A stretch of DNA of 64,000 nucleotides from a virus (taxonomy: Duplodnaviria; Heunggongvirae; Uroviricota; Caudoviricetes). Positions 24,634-34,194 of this stretch are shown here, in pieces (the stretch's first letter is position 1; each line of letters starts with the position of its first letter). The position numbers and the translations under genes were made by a program. The stretch spans positions 138,063 through 202,062 of the IMG/VR virus record IMGVR_UViG_3300037454_000941. The stretch is one strand, 5' to 3'. The notes beneath the pieces were generated by a model that worked only from the letters and a program-made list of their open reading frames with translations, was not told the DNA's origin and did not search any database.

Positions 24634-25862
24634 TGAAACTCAAAAAGATTGCAGTATTCGGCGGTGCATTCGACCCGCTGACCGTCGGCCACGAAGCCAT
24701 CATCAATTCCCTTCTCGAACAGTACGAGACGGTACATCTCTATATCACCAACAACGACGAGAAGCACTATTCTGCTTCCTGGGAAGACCGACGTGGCATG
24801 GTCTCCGCCGCTTTCGGAAACGCGGTCGGTCGCACGCTCGAAGTGTTCCCCCAGAACACGCGGACATACGAGCTTCTTCAGTCCGGCTACAAGCCCGAGG
24901 ATATCGACCTTATTCTCGGGTACGACGAAATTGTCGCCCTGACGAACAAGACCTGGAAGAATTCCGATGAACTCCTGGGCACATACACCATCCGCGTGGT
25001 TCCGCGCGATTTCAATATGGTAAGGGAAGGCGAGTTTGCCAAGTTCGGGAATATTACGGGACTGACCCTCTGTGTGCCCGACGTGGCATCCACGGAGGTA
25101 CGCAACAAAATGTACATGAACCCCATGTACAATGGCAGCGACGTGTCCCTGTCGGTCGAGAAATATATCCGTATTAAGGGTCTATATCACCAGGTGCAGC
25201 CGCTCCGCCACTGGTTTGATGAATGGGCCGAACTGGCCAAGTACGAACCGGGCGACTACCCGAAACCATCGGTTACCGTGACCATGGTTGTCATCAACGC
25301 TCTCCGCGATGACCGCCTGGGTCGGCAGGACCAGGTGCTTCTTGTGCGCCGCAAGAAGTTCCCGTTTGCCAACTTCTGGTGTCTTCCGGGCGGGTTCACC
25401 AATCCCCATGAGAGTGTGGAGGAAAGCGCTGCCCGCGAACTGAAGGAGGAGACCGGTATTTCGATTGATGACCGGGCGTTCCACCAGTTGAAGGTGTATC
25501 TCCCGGATGACCCGCGAGCCGATCTCCGATACAGGGCCGAGCTTGAACAGAAGGTTCTTGATGCAAAGCGCCAGAAGCTGTATGACGACATCGCCAATGC
25601 AATTCCCGGATTGATCGATCCTGTCGTCAAGAAGATGAAACAGGACGAAATCGTGGCGGAACAGACCAAAATCGACACCATCCGCAACCACTGGGTGTAC
25701 GACGTGGCCCTCTATGTCAAGGGTTCTCTGTTCCCGCACGTATACGGCGCGGACGATGCGCTTGAAGCCACCTGGGTACCGCTGGAAGATGCCAGGAAGA
25801 CCAAGCTGGCCTTCCACCACAACAAGATTCTCGAAGACTATATCGCGGCTGTAGGGGGGTAG
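24633..25862 (+). CDS. bifunctional nicotinamide-nucleotide adenylyltransferase / Nudix hydrolase (NadM-Nudix-like)
   Basis: N-terminal IAVFGGAFDPLTVGH (GxFxPxHxGH) adenylyltransferase; C-terminal Nudix box LPGGFTNPHESVEESAARELKEETGI. Confidence 0.85.
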   Translation: MKLKKIAVFGGAFDPLTVGHEAIINSLLEQYETVHLYITNNDEKHYSASWEDRRGMVSAAFGNAVGRTLEVFPQNTRTYELLQSGYKPEDIDLILGYDEIVALTNKTWKNSDELLGTYTIRVVPRDFNMVREGEFAKFGNITGLTLCVPDVASTEVRNKMYMNPMYNGSDVSLSVEKYIRIKGLYHQVQPLRHWFDEWAELAKYEPGDYPKPSVTVTMVVINALRDDRLGRQDQVLLVRRKKFPFANFWCLPGGFTNPHESVEESAARELKEETGISIDDRAFHQLKVYLPDDPRADLRYRAELEQKVLDAKRQKLYDDIANAIPGLIDPVVKKMKQDEIVAEQTKIDTIRNHWVYDVALYVKGSLFPHVYGADDALEATWVPLEDARKTKLAFHHNKILEDYIAAVGG

Positions 25863-25863
25863 T

Positions 25864-26139
25864 ATGGTATACGAAGGTGGCGTCGACACGTTAGAAAAGA
25901 GGATTGTTGCCACTGACGGTGTCGAATATGCCGAATATTACCTTCCGGACGGGCTGTCCAAGGTTTGCCTTTTCAGGATTGAAGCCAAGGTGCCTTCCTG
26001 GGTCAAGATGAGCCAGGAAGAATGGACCAACGGCCAAAAGCTGTGTCTTGAATCCAGGATCCGCGGGAAGTGCTGGTTAGATGAACTGAAAGGAAAGGTA
26101 TGGGGCGGCGATATCATGAAGCCGACGCTTGTGGAGTGA
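25864..26139 (+). CDS. hypothetical protein
   Basis: 91-aa ORF. Confidence 0.45.
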   Translation: MVYEGGVDTLEKRIVATDGVEYAEYYLPDGLSKVCLFRIEAKVPSWVKMSQEEWTNGQKLCLESRIRGKCWLDELKGKVWGGDIMKPTLVE

Positions 26140-26142
26140 ACA

Positions 26143-26349
26143 ATGGCAGCGGAAACGAACGAAATCCCATTGAAGTCAATCAAGGCGAAGTATGATCCGG
26201 AACCCGGTTCCATACTGTATGCCCGTGGTTCCATGGATACTGATGTTGTTCTGGAAACGGACTTCTACTTCAAGGCCGACGTGGACCAGTACGTTGGAGG
26301 CCTGCTGAAACATATTGCCGAACTTGAAGCAAGGTTGGGGGAGAAGTGA
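26143..26349 (+). CDS. hypothetical protein
   Basis: 68-aa ORF. Confidence 0.4.
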   Translation: MAAETNEIPLKSIKAKYDPEPGSILYARGSMDTDVVLETDFYFKADVDQYVGGLLKHIAELEARLGEK

Positions 26350-26666
26350 CCGAAGAAACCTTCAAGATATGCGTAAGGGCGTATTTTCCTGATGCCGAGT
26401 TCGCGAAGTTGCCCGGTGGCAATGGATATCCCGTTGTTGAGGTGATGGTTGACGGGGAGTGGTTCCACACGATACACTGGGAAGACGGCAAGGCCCGCAA
26501 GTTCGGCTATGAATACATGGGCGAAAAGAAACTCCTGGGCTACCTGAAACAGGTGAATAAAACCAAACAGATGTATGACAGGTCACGTATCGTGCTTCCG
26601 CTGGATGCGTATGGCAGTCGTCACATCGCAATGATGCATTTTATCATGCAGCGAGGTAGAGAATGA
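26346..26666 (+). CDS. hypothetical protein
   Basis: 106-aa ORF, overlapping stops/starts. Confidence 0.45.
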   Translation: MTEETFKICVRAYFPDAEFAKLPGGNGYPVVEVMVDGEWFHTIHWEDGKARKFGYEYMGEKKLLGYLKQVNKTKQMYDRSRIVLPLDAYGSRHIAMMHFIMQRGRE

Positions 26667-27040
26667 GTGAACTTACTGAACTGACTGTATCCGGAAACGG
26701 TACTTGCATCCTGAGCTTCCAGGACGGGTTCATGTGCGGTACGATGGGTACGATTACCCGAGAGAAGATTCTCAATTACATCGAGAATGATGTGTATGAC
26801 AACGACAACCCCAGGAGCAAGAGGGTAAAGTTCGTCAAGGCTCGGTGGCAGAAGGTGCTGGATGATTTCGAGGCCGGCACTTTGAAGGACGGTCATTATC
26901 CTCTGTTCTTCGAGGACAAGCCCAAGCTCGAAAAGCTGATTACCAAGTTCCGCGGCGACCTGTTTAAACTGGGGTACCGGCTGGATGGCGGGTTCTCCGG
27001 ATGCATTGTCGAGGCGGAAAATGACATTCAGGGAATATAA
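26663..27040 (+). CDS. hypothetical protein
   Basis: 125-aa ORF. Confidence 0.5.
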   Translation: MSELTELTVSGNGTCILSFQDGFMCGTMGTITREKILNYIENDVYDNDNPRSKRVKFVKARWQKVLDDFEAGTLKDGHYPLFFEDKPKLEKLITKFRGDLFKLGYRLDGGFSGCIVEAENDIQGI

Positions 27041-27341
27041 GACAAGGCTGACGGGAATTTGGCGGGAATTCTTCGGTGATATGTCTATCCAGACAACTGA
27101 CATCGCGAAGGAACTCCGGATGATGGGTAAATTCGTGTGGTCACTGTGGGTTGGAGTATTCCTCATTCTTGTTTATTGTGCCGTACTATCCACGCCAATC
27201 ATCATAATGGCAGCGGTCTTTGACATGGGGAAATTCATGACATCACTGATTGGAATACCATGCATGATGGGATTGCTTGTCCTCACCGCGCCGTTCCTGG
27301 AACCGGTGCTCGACTGGTACTGTGACCACATACTGAATTAG
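26985..27341 (+). CDS. hypothetical membrane protein
   Basis: hydrophobic segments. Confidence 0.4.
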   Translation: MAGSPDALSRRKMTFREYKTRLTGIWREFFGDMSIQTTDIAKELRMMGKFVWSLWVGVFLILVYCAVLSTPIIIMAAVFDMGKFMTSLIGIPCMMGLLVLTAPFLEPVLDWYCDHILN

Positions 27342-27366
27342 CAAGTAGTTGCCGTTATCGTCGCCC

Positions 27367-27378
27367 TTTGCTATATTT
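27367..27378 (+). promoter_or_regulatory. extended -10 promoter motif (TTTGCTATATTT)
   Basis: 5 nt upstream of ATG 27384. Confidence 0.55.
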
Positions 27379-27383
27379 ATGGC

Positions 27384-27923
27384 ATGACGGAAATTTTCAT
27401 CGACATCGAAAATACGCTTATTGACGACCTGTGCAGCTGTAACCTGCTGCAGGAAAATACCAAGCGTATCGCCGACTTCATTGAGGCGAGGATCGAAATC
27501 CATCCGGCGGATCTGACCGCTAAGGTGAACCTGTTCACTTGGGGATGGAAGACCAAGGATGAAATCCGTGACTACATAGTCAACTGGCTTTTCGATGCAC
27601 TGGGCGTGCCCCAGGAAAACCGTGGGTTCGTATGGACCAAGGACGATTCCATCGAATGCGCTTACAGGAATGGATGGGTAAACACCAAGGACGAAGTTGA
27701 AATCGAGGACCTTCATGTTCCGGGAGCAATGAAGCGCTACGGGCTGGACAAGCAGACGTGCTTCATCAAGCAGGCGATGGAATATGCGGAATTTCCGGGT
27801 GGTGGGGGCAACGATGCCTACATTCTGATTGACGATACCAATCCCCCGTGGAATGAAACCCGGACATATTCTACCAATGACAGTGACCTTTCAATAACAT
27901 TCTATCACCCGGAGAAGTTTTGA
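27384..27923 (+). CDS. hypothetical protein
   Basis: 179-aa ORF. Confidence 0.6.
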   Translation: MTEIFIDIENTLIDDLCSCNLLQENTKRIADFIEARIEIHPADLTAKVNLFTWGWKTKDEIRDYIVNWLFDALGVPQENRGFVWTKDDSIECAYRNGWVNTKDEVEIEDLHVPGAMKRYGLDKQTCFIKQAMEYAEFPGGGGNDAYILIDDTNPPWNETRTYSTNDSDLSITFYHPEKF

Positions 27924-28318
27924 TGAACAGTTTAATCGGAAAGATGAACGAGAATTTCAGACCATTGAAATTCACCGCGGAAGAAATTGCCGAGGCAATT
28001 TCCCGCGCAAATGATAAGTACGGCGTGGAAGTATCCTACTGCCCCTCCGAAATCAAGTTTTACCCCAAGGACAAGAATTCCCTGAAAGATTCGGTGAAAC
28101 TGACCGTCGAGGAGTTCATCAAGGATCCGGGGAAAATCTGGCACATGGAATTGATGCCGGACATCACGTCGGAATCGGAATCGGAATGTCTGGAACTGCG
28201 CAACCACGTGCGTTGGGCGGGTATCCCGTTCACCGTGATGCTCGACAAGGTAATAGAATGCCTGGACTATGAGCCGGTTTTATTGTCGGCAGGAAAGAGC
28301 CTGGAGGAAAAATGTTAA
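27920..28318 (+). CDS. hypothetical protein
   Basis: 132-aa ORF. Confidence 0.5.
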   Translation: MMNSLIGKMNENFRPLKFTAEEIAEAISRANDKYGVEVSYCPSEIKFYPKDKNSLKDSVKLTVEEFIKDPGKIWHMELMPDITSESESECLELRNHVRWAGIPFTVMLDKVIECLDYEPVLLSAGKSLEEKC

Positions 28319-28695
28319 AGAAAATTGTCAATAAGCTGACTACCATCTGCGCCAACATCGCTAGTGATACCGTTAGGGTGAATGGAAAGACCTACAAGGT
28401 TCCTTCTGGATCCAGCATCACCATTGAAGGTGACAATGTCCACATCGGTGACCAGGTAGTATCCATCCACGACAAGATCATCAACATTTCCATCCAGGGG
28501 AATGTTGGTGCTGCGATGACCACGTCGGGTGACATCCACGTGACCGGCAATTCCGGCACCATCCAGAGTACAAGCGGTGACATTTCGGTCGGTCACGACT
28601 CAATGGACATCCAAACCACGTCGGGGGACGTGGAAGTGGGTGGAAAGGTCGAAGGAAACGTAACCACCGTATCCGGCTGTATCACACATCACTAA
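28312..28695 (+). CDS. hypothetical protein with beta-helix-like TSGD(I/V) repeats (bactofilin-like)
   Basis: repeats TTSGDIHVTG / STSGDISVGH / TTSGDVEVGG. Confidence 0.5.
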   Translation: MLKKIVNKLTTICANIASDTVRVNGKTYKVPSGSSITIEGDNVHIGDQVVSIHDKIINISIQGNVGAAMTTSGDIHVTGNSGTIQSTSGDISVGHDSMDIQTTSGDVEVGGKVEGNVTTVSGCITHH

Positions 28696-28770
28696 ACATG
28701 TGTATTTGGGGAGTCACGATTAAACCCCAATGCGAACACCCACATTTAAACTCAAATGAGTATAGGACGC

Positions 28771-29235
28771 ATGATGAACAAAAAGATTGTAATTGTTGAT
28801 GTTGACGGAACGATTGCTGACTGCACCGAACGCGCGGAGAAATTTCTTGGAGACAATCCAGACTGGGATGCCTTCTATGACGCGTGTGATCAGGACAAGC
28901 CCATACAAGTCATCTGTGATCTTGTTGCGCTTTTAAGTACGCATTTCCACATCCTCTTTGTCACTGGCCGCAGGGAATCCACGGACAAAAAGTCGCGCGA
29001 TTTTATCCAGAAGTACATATTTGGCGATGGCCGCCACGTAAACATTCTTTATCGCAAGAATGATGACGAGCGGCACGATATGTACGTGAAGCCTGAATTG
29101 CTGGATGCGTACTTGAAGGAAAATTGTCTCGAGAAGAGTATCGTGGAGTTCATTCTTGAAGATAGAAACTCTATGGTAGCCAAGTGGCGCGAACTTGGCT
29201 TCACGTGCCTCCAGACGCAGGAAGGGAACTTCTAA
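28771..29235 (+). CDS. HAD-superfamily phosphatase (polynucleotide 3'-phosphatase / nucleotidase-like)
   Basis: IVIVDVDGTIAD motif I near N-terminus. Confidence 0.65.
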   Translation: MMNKKIVIVDVDGTIADCTERAEKFLGDNPDWDAFYDACDQDKPIQVICDLVALLSTHFHILFVTGRRESTDKKSRDFIQKYIFGDGRHVNILYRKNDDERHDMYVKPELLDAYLKENCLEKSIVEFILEDRNSMVAKWRELGFTCLQTQEGNF

Positions 29236-29255
29236 CCATTAATTCAGGGGGCAAT

Positions 29256-29702
29256 ATGCCATGTGGAAGAAAGAAAGATGACAAGAAGACACAAGATGGA
29301 CTTTTCCGCATCTTTCCGGAACCGCTTCCGGAAATTGGACCGGAACATCACGTATTCTTCTTGAAGGTGTCCGAATCCATCACCGGGGATGGATTCCAGA
29401 GGGTGAACAATGTTGAACATATCGTTGGGGTATTCATAGGCAGGGATGCCCTTGAAGAATATGTCCAAAAGAAATGGAACATCTTTCTCGGGATGGACTG
29501 GGAACTGTACAAGCGTCAGCTGCATTATGTAGCTGGATTGACCCTGGAGATGCATTATGGATTTGATTCGTCAATGCCGTTTGACACCGTCGATGCGTAT
29601 GTCGGAATGGAGTACGAGAATCATCGGCCCGCTGTAACGCCACGCGAGCTCGGACAGATGTTATCCGGGCGGAGTCTCGAGGAAATTCACTGGAATGTTT
29701 AA
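29256..29702 (+). CDS. hypothetical protein
   Basis: ATG 29256 in-frame with track ORF. Confidence 0.5.
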   Translation: MPCGRKKDDKKTQDGLFRIFPEPLPEIGPEHHVFFLKVSESITGDGFQRVNNVEHIVGVFIGRDALEEYVQKKWNIFLGMDWELYKRQLHYVAGLTLEMHYGFDSSMPFDTVDAYVGMEYENHRPAVTPRELGQMLSGRSLEEIHWNV

Positions 29703-29715
29703 CGTAGGATGGAAA

Positions 29716-30153
29716 ATGAAACGTCGATTAATGAAGTTCTTCAAGTGGTTAGATTTGTCCGTCAGGCCAATATTAAATCCGGACCACGTAGCGTCGGTGT
29801 GTGCCTTTCTTATCTATGCGTCCCTGCTGTTGTTCACCGCTTGTTGTTTAGGCGCATTGTATAAATACAGTGTATTACCCATTACGGTTGACTACGTGAT
29901 CGGAATAGGGAACGCGCTTTTCAACGTAATCGGTTGCTACTTTTTGTACCTGAGCTATAAGAAAGGACCAAGCAAAACTGGGCGACTGGATGTCGGCGTA
30001 TGGTGCGCGGTAGCAATGGTATTATCGATACAGATCGGTCTTGCTATCTGTATTATGGGAATACTAAACAAGATCATTGGCGGCATTTCATGCTTGGTTG
30101 CCAAATTCATGAAATGGCTTTCAACGGCGGAACCCGGCAAAGGAAAATACTAG
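29716..30153 (+). CDS. hypothetical integral membrane protein
   Basis: multiple hydrophobic helices. Confidence 0.5.
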   Translation: MKRRLMKFFKWLDLSVRPILNPDHVASVCAFLIYASLLLFTACCLGALYKYSVLPITVDYVIGIGNALFNVIGCYFLYLSYKKGPSKTGRLDVGVWCAVAMVLSIQIGLAICIMGILNKIIGGISCLVAKFMKWLSTAEPGKGKY

Positions 30154-30264
30154 CACCCAAGCCCCCATACGTTGACGGTATGGAGGCATCACTTTTGTAA
30201 TGTTTCGGCTGAACTTGTGCCCATGCGTCGTTAAGTGCGAATGCCGGTTGCCAGGTTCCGCTTT

Positions 30265-30276
30265 ATTGCTATATTT
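30265..30276 (+). promoter_or_regulatory. extended -10 promoter motif (ATTGCTATATTT)
   Basis: about 75 nt upstream of the GGAGGA-led gene at 30351. Confidence 0.45.
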
Positions 30277-30350
30277 CACTAGTCTGGCCCATGTAGTGGC
30301 CATAACCCACACCAAGGTATCACTTGGGTGGACAATCCAGGAGGAAAACA

Positions 30351-30755
30351 ATGGATATCATCACAATCATCGCAATCGTATTGTTCATTCTCGGAGTAAT
30401 CTGCAAGATTCTTGCCAACCGCACGCCTGACTACAAGATTATCGGCGACCTTGCTAAGCTCATCGCATGCGGCCAGTACGAAGCTACAGTTAAGTTCGCC
30501 AAGTCAAGCGACAAGAAGCGGCTCGCCAAGGAACTGAAGCGGCTCATGAAGGATGCCGAAAAGAAGGACCGCAAGGGCGTAAAGATCAAATATGCCGGCA
30601 ATATGACACAGAAGAACCGTTTCCGCTTCGCATATGAACTTTATCTGCTCTTTGTTGGCGAATTGAAGGTGAATAAGGAATTTCTCGACAAGTGCGAACT
30701 TTCCGAAAGCCACAAGTATGACATCGACCACTTGAAGGAATGTATCCGTGATTAA
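30351..30755 (+). CDS. membrane-anchored hypothetical protein
   Basis: N-terminal TM helix, GGAGGA RBS. Confidence 0.55.
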   Translation: MDIITIIAIVLFILGVICKILANRTPDYKIIGDLAKLIACGQYEATVKFAKSSDKKRLAKELKRLMKDAEKKDRKGVKIKYAGNMTQKNRFRFAYELYLLFVGELKVNKEFLDKCELSESHKYDIDHLKECIRD

Positions 30756-31602
30756 GTCGGTAAAATTCCGTGACGGCTACCCGGTCGAGATTCGTGGGCA
30801 GGAAGGTGAGAACCATGAGCCCGGGGAGTGTCTCCTGAAGGGCCGCACCTTCAAGTTCACCCCCGGCCTCAATGTCCTCTTCGGACCCAACATGACCGGG
30901 AAGAGCACGATCTTGAAGACCATCGCGATCCACGGGCTCACGAGGTCCGCCTGGTCAAACCTGGACTTCATGGGTTACGAGGTCGGGAAGACCTTCGAGA
31001 CCCGCAACATGCAGGGATACTTTGACAAGCAGCTCAAATTCAACGCCAAGGTGGACATCGACGGACCGGTGTACTGGATGAATGATGAGGATGTCACCAG
31101 GCACCAGGACGGGAAGGGCAAAGGGTGCGGCTATGGACATGGCATGTTCGACTATGCGACCGAAAGCGTGATGACCATGGAGGGTTTCCGCCAGTCAGCT
31201 GGCGAGAAGGAAATGGTCCGGCAGTACAACACTCTCGCCAACATCTACGAGGGCAAGTGGGCTTTTTCCCTGGAAAAGTTCATGGAAGTCTACGAACAGC
31301 GCAAGGGTGCCGGGTTGAAGTATGTCAACACGATGCTCCGTTACGCGAAGCGCACTGTGCTGAAGGGCGGGCGACCGACAATCCTCCTGGATGAGCCGGA
31401 GCGACACCTCGGGTTCGAAAATGCGGACAGTGTATTCTCCGGGTTCCTTCCCCAGCTGGCCAACGAGTGCGGCTACCAGATTATCGTCGCCAGTCACTAC
31501 ATGATGCTGCCCTTCATGAAGGATTACAACATCATCTGGCTAGACCGTGACGAGAAGGCCTACAAGTCCCGTATTGCTGGTTTGGTTGCCAACGGGAAGT
31601 AG
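30748..31602 (+). CDS. P-loop ATPase (ABC/AAA_21-like ATPase domain only)
   Basis: Walker A GPNMTGKST, Walker B ILLDEPERHLG. Confidence 0.75.
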   Translation: MIKSVKFRDGYPVEIRGQEGENHEPGECLLKGRTFKFTPGLNVLFGPNMTGKSTILKTIAIHGLTRSAWSNLDFMGYEVGKTFETRNMQGYFDKQLKFNAKVDIDGPVYWMNDEDVTRHQDGKGKGCGYGHGMFDYATESVMTMEGFRQSAGEKEMVRQYNTLANIYEGKWAFSLEKFMEVYEQRKGAGLKYVNTMLRYAKRTVLKGGRPTILLDEPERHLGFENADSVFSGFLPQLANECGYQIIVASHYMMLPFMKDYNIIWLDRDEKAYKSRIAGLVANGK

Positions 31603-31646
31603 GAATGCTACATTTTGGGTATCAAAAACAAAAAAGGAAAAACACA

Positions 31647-32453
31647 ATGAAAAAAATCATCTCCATCTTCGCCCTGCTCATTCTCGTAATGTTCACGGGC
31701 TGCGCAAAAATCGACCAGACTGAACGCGGCGTCGTTCTTCACGGCGGTTCCGTATCCGGTACGGTTGAACCGGGCTACACGGCATACATTCCGATCTACA
31801 CCGAAATCGTGCACATGCCAGTCAAGGTACAGCTTGAATCCATGCGCATTGAGGCCGGCTCCCAGGACATGCAGCAGGTCACTGTCGGCGTGAACGTCAA
31901 CTATCATATCGATCCGGTCAAGGTTGCCGAAACATATTCCAAGTATGGTCGTGATGTTGTCGTGACGGCTCTTCAACCGAAAATGCGTGAAACCATTACC
32001 GGAGTGACCCCCCAATACAAGCCTGAGGAAATGTTGCAGAAGCGCGAAGAAGTTCGCCTCCGTATGGAAAACGCACTGCGCTCCAAGCTCGATTCGGCTG
32101 AATCGCACATCATTCTTGATGGTTTCACCATTTATGAATTCAAGTTCCTCGATAAGTTCAACCAGGCAATCGAAGACAAGCAGGTTGCTGAGCAGAATGC
32201 TGAAAAGGAGAAGAATGTTAAGCGGATGGTCGAATATCAGCGCGACCAGAAGGTTATTGCCGCACAAGCTGACTCATCAATCAAGGTCATGAATGCACAG
32301 GCTGACTCGATTGCAATCACCAAGGTATTGAAAGCACTCAATAACCCGAATGCGAGGATCTATATCGCCAAGCAGTGGATTGATGCATGGAACGGCGAAC
32401 TGCCGAAGGTCGGTGGCATTGACAAGATCATGCCCATTGTCGACATGAAATGA
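31647..32453 (+). CDS. SPFH/band-7 (prohibitin/stomatin-like) lipoprotein
   Basis: signal peptide with lipobox FTGC; coiled-coil C-terminal region typical of SPFH proteins. Confidence 0.75.
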   Translation: MKKIISIFALLILVMFTGCAKIDQTERGVVLHGGSVSGTVEPGYTAYIPIYTEIVHMPVKVQLESMRIEAGSQDMQQVTVGVNVNYHIDPVKVAETYSKYGRDVVVTALQPKMRETITGVTPQYKPEEMLQKREEVRLRMENALRSKLDSAESHIILDGFTIYEFKFLDKFNQAIEDKQVAEQNAEKEKNVKRMVEYQRDQKVIAAQADSSIKVMNAQADSIAITKVLKALNNPNARIYIAKQWIDAWNGELPKVGGIDKIMPIVDMK

Positions 32454-32488
32454 AAAAATTCTGAAAAATCATCAAATGTAGCTGAAAA

Positions 32489-32500
32489 TTTGCTACATTT
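32489..32500 (+). promoter_or_regulatory. extended -10 promoter motif (TTTGCTACATTT)
   Basis: heads an ORF-free GC-rich segment followed by tRNA-Gly. Confidence 0.5.
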
Positions 32501-32505
32501 GGATT

Positions 32506-32790
32506 GTAGTCGGTCGTTCTGCCCCAAGAATCAGGGGATACCTGGCAGGGATCATGACTCAGCCATGGTTGAGCGGCACGGAGCCATTCCGCGAAGTGGT
32601 ACTGCGCCATCGCAGTCGTACCGATGGCCGAGCACGCCTAGCTCGCCCCTCGTATACCGCGAATAGGACATTGCCAGCGGACCGGTGACGCACCGGTGCG
32701 CGGGGAGGGGAACATAGCGGCGCCCGCCCTGGGGTAAAGGGAAAACGGTTGAACCGCCCGTTATCGTGGAAGTGATTCTCCACGAAGGTT
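32506..32790 (+). ncRNA. candidate structured ncRNA (class unknown), co-transcribed with tRNA-Gly
   Basis: about 285 nt GC-rich, no ORF over 40 codons, long-range complementarity (ACCGGTGACGCACCGGTG hairpin, GGGG...CCCC blocks); lies between a promoter motif and a tRNA. Confidence 0.4.
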
Positions 32791-32793
32791 TAT

Positions 32794-32868
32794 GCGGGAG
32801 TAGCTCAGTTGGTAGAGCGCGGCATTCCCATTGCCGAGATTTCGAGGGTTCGAGTCCCTTCTCCCGCT
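32794..32868 (+). tRNA. tRNA-Gly (CCC)
   Basis: acceptor GCGGGAG/CTCCCGC, AC stem CGGCA/TGCCG loop TTCCCAT, T-loop TTCGAGT. Confidence 0.65.
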
Positions 32869-32887
32869 CGAATACGTGGAGATAACT

Positions 32888-33148
32888 ATGGCGTTGATTA
32901 AAACACCGGAAAAGAAGACCTGGACGGAGTTCCGCGAAAGCGGTCTTCTTCTTTTTGTAAATACATTTTTACACATCTTCGGATGGGTAATTGTCATCGA
33001 GATGGATGATGATGGAAACGAGAGCGCGTATCCGGCCCGCACGTCCTGGCGAGGGTTCCCCGAGGATGCGATGGACCGGGCGTACAAGCGAGTGACCAAG
33101 ACGATGGAGGACAACCTCCCTCAACTGCTCGAAGATACCAAGGAGTAG
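32888..33148 (+). CDS. hypothetical protein
   Basis: 86-aa ORF after GAGATAACT RBS-like. Confidence 0.45.
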   Translation: MALIKTPEKKTWTEFRESGLLLFVNTFLHIFGWVIVIEMDDDGNESAYPARTSWRGFPEDAMDRAYKRVTKTMEDNLPQLLEDTKE

Positions 33149-33151
33149 GTC

Positions 33152-33964
33152 ATGGCCGTAGATTTCGATGAACTCAATTTCAGCGACGTTGGCGAGAACC
33201 GCAAGGATGCCTTCTATAGATGGGCATTGTCCTATGATTTTTCACATACGCCTTGGTCTTCATTCCCTGATTCTTTCAAGGATGTCAAGTACCTGCGTTT
33301 CCGTTGGAATCCGCAGACCGAGAAGGGTTTCGAGGTTGCCGTTATAGCCGAACCGGACAAAGGTACCTACAGGGTATGCAACGTGACCCCTACCGTGATG
33401 TCCAAGTTTACCCCCACCGAATACAATGCCTGCCTTGCAATGTTCATTGACAATGTACTCGACAGGTACAATGCCGAGGAAGGTAACCATCTCCTGATCA
33501 ACCACGAAAAATTCGGCGGCAAGCTGACATACACGCACGGTGGTGACATCAAGGACAATTGGACGCATCAGGACGACCTGAACATGCTGAATGCCATGAT
33601 GCGAGAACTGTGCTATGGCCGACTCGAACTCATGGTCGATGTATATAACCGTCATTCACATGAAATCATGTCAATGGAAAGTTTCTCGCATATCGTTGAC
33701 CAGATTGTCGATATCATCACCGGGCAACTTCTGCGCCCCGGGGACTGCGACCTGGTCATGGCAACTCAGTGCTTTGTGGCCACGTGCATGAAGAAGCAGG
33801 TGCCGGATTCCAACCGGTTCGACGTGTTCCTTAGTGACGGGTTCCAGACTCAGCTCTCGACACTGCTTAACGTGGACTATGCCGCATTGGATGCAGCAAT
33901 TCGGGTTGGTAGCATTCACGTGGATCTCAAAACACTGTTCACCGAATCGAAGAAGGATGGGTGA
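33152..33964 (+). CDS. hypothetical protein
   Basis: 270-aa ORF. Confidence 0.6.
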   Translation: MAVDFDELNFSDVGENRKDAFYRWALSYDFSHTPWSSFPDSFKDVKYLRFRWNPQTEKGFEVAVIAEPDKGTYRVCNVTPTVMSKFTPTEYNACLAMFIDNVLDRYNAEEGNHLLINHEKFGGKLTYTHGGDIKDNWTHQDDLNMLNAMMRELCYGRLELMVDVYNRHSHEIMSMESFSHIVDQIVDIITGQLLRPGDCDLVMATQCFVATCMKKQVPDSNRFDVFLSDGFQTQLSTLLNVDYAALDAAIRVGSIHVDLKTLFTESKKDG

Positions 33965-34194
33965 CGATGAATTTAGAGGAGTTTCCCAAATTACCAAAAT
34001 TTAAAGTCGTAGACGGGTTTGGGTGTGAATGGACCGAGCACCAATTACGCATCGGTATATGGGCATTCGCAGTGATCGTCTTGATGGTCCTCCTGGTTTT
34101 GGGACTCTCAGCCATCACGACAAACATATTCGACCCATCGAACTTTGAGCGCATAGGGGATACAGACACATGGAAATTAAAGTTAGAGAAGTAG
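33961..34194 (+). CDS. hypothetical membrane protein
   Basis: 77 aa with TM helix. Confidence 0.4.
   Translation: MTMNLEEFPKLPKFKVVDGFGCEWTEHQLRIGIWAFAVIVLMVLLVLGLSAITTNIFDPSNFERIGDTDTWKLKLEK

Noticed and set aside
32506-32790. RNase P RNA assignment for the GC-rich segment upstream of tRNA-Gly
   Set aside because: A GGGTAAAGGGAAAACGG stretch vaguely resembles the P10-P12 region of RNase P, but the universally conserved P4 sequences (AGGAAAGTCCGGGCTCC / ACAGAACCCGGCTTA) are absent and the element is too short.
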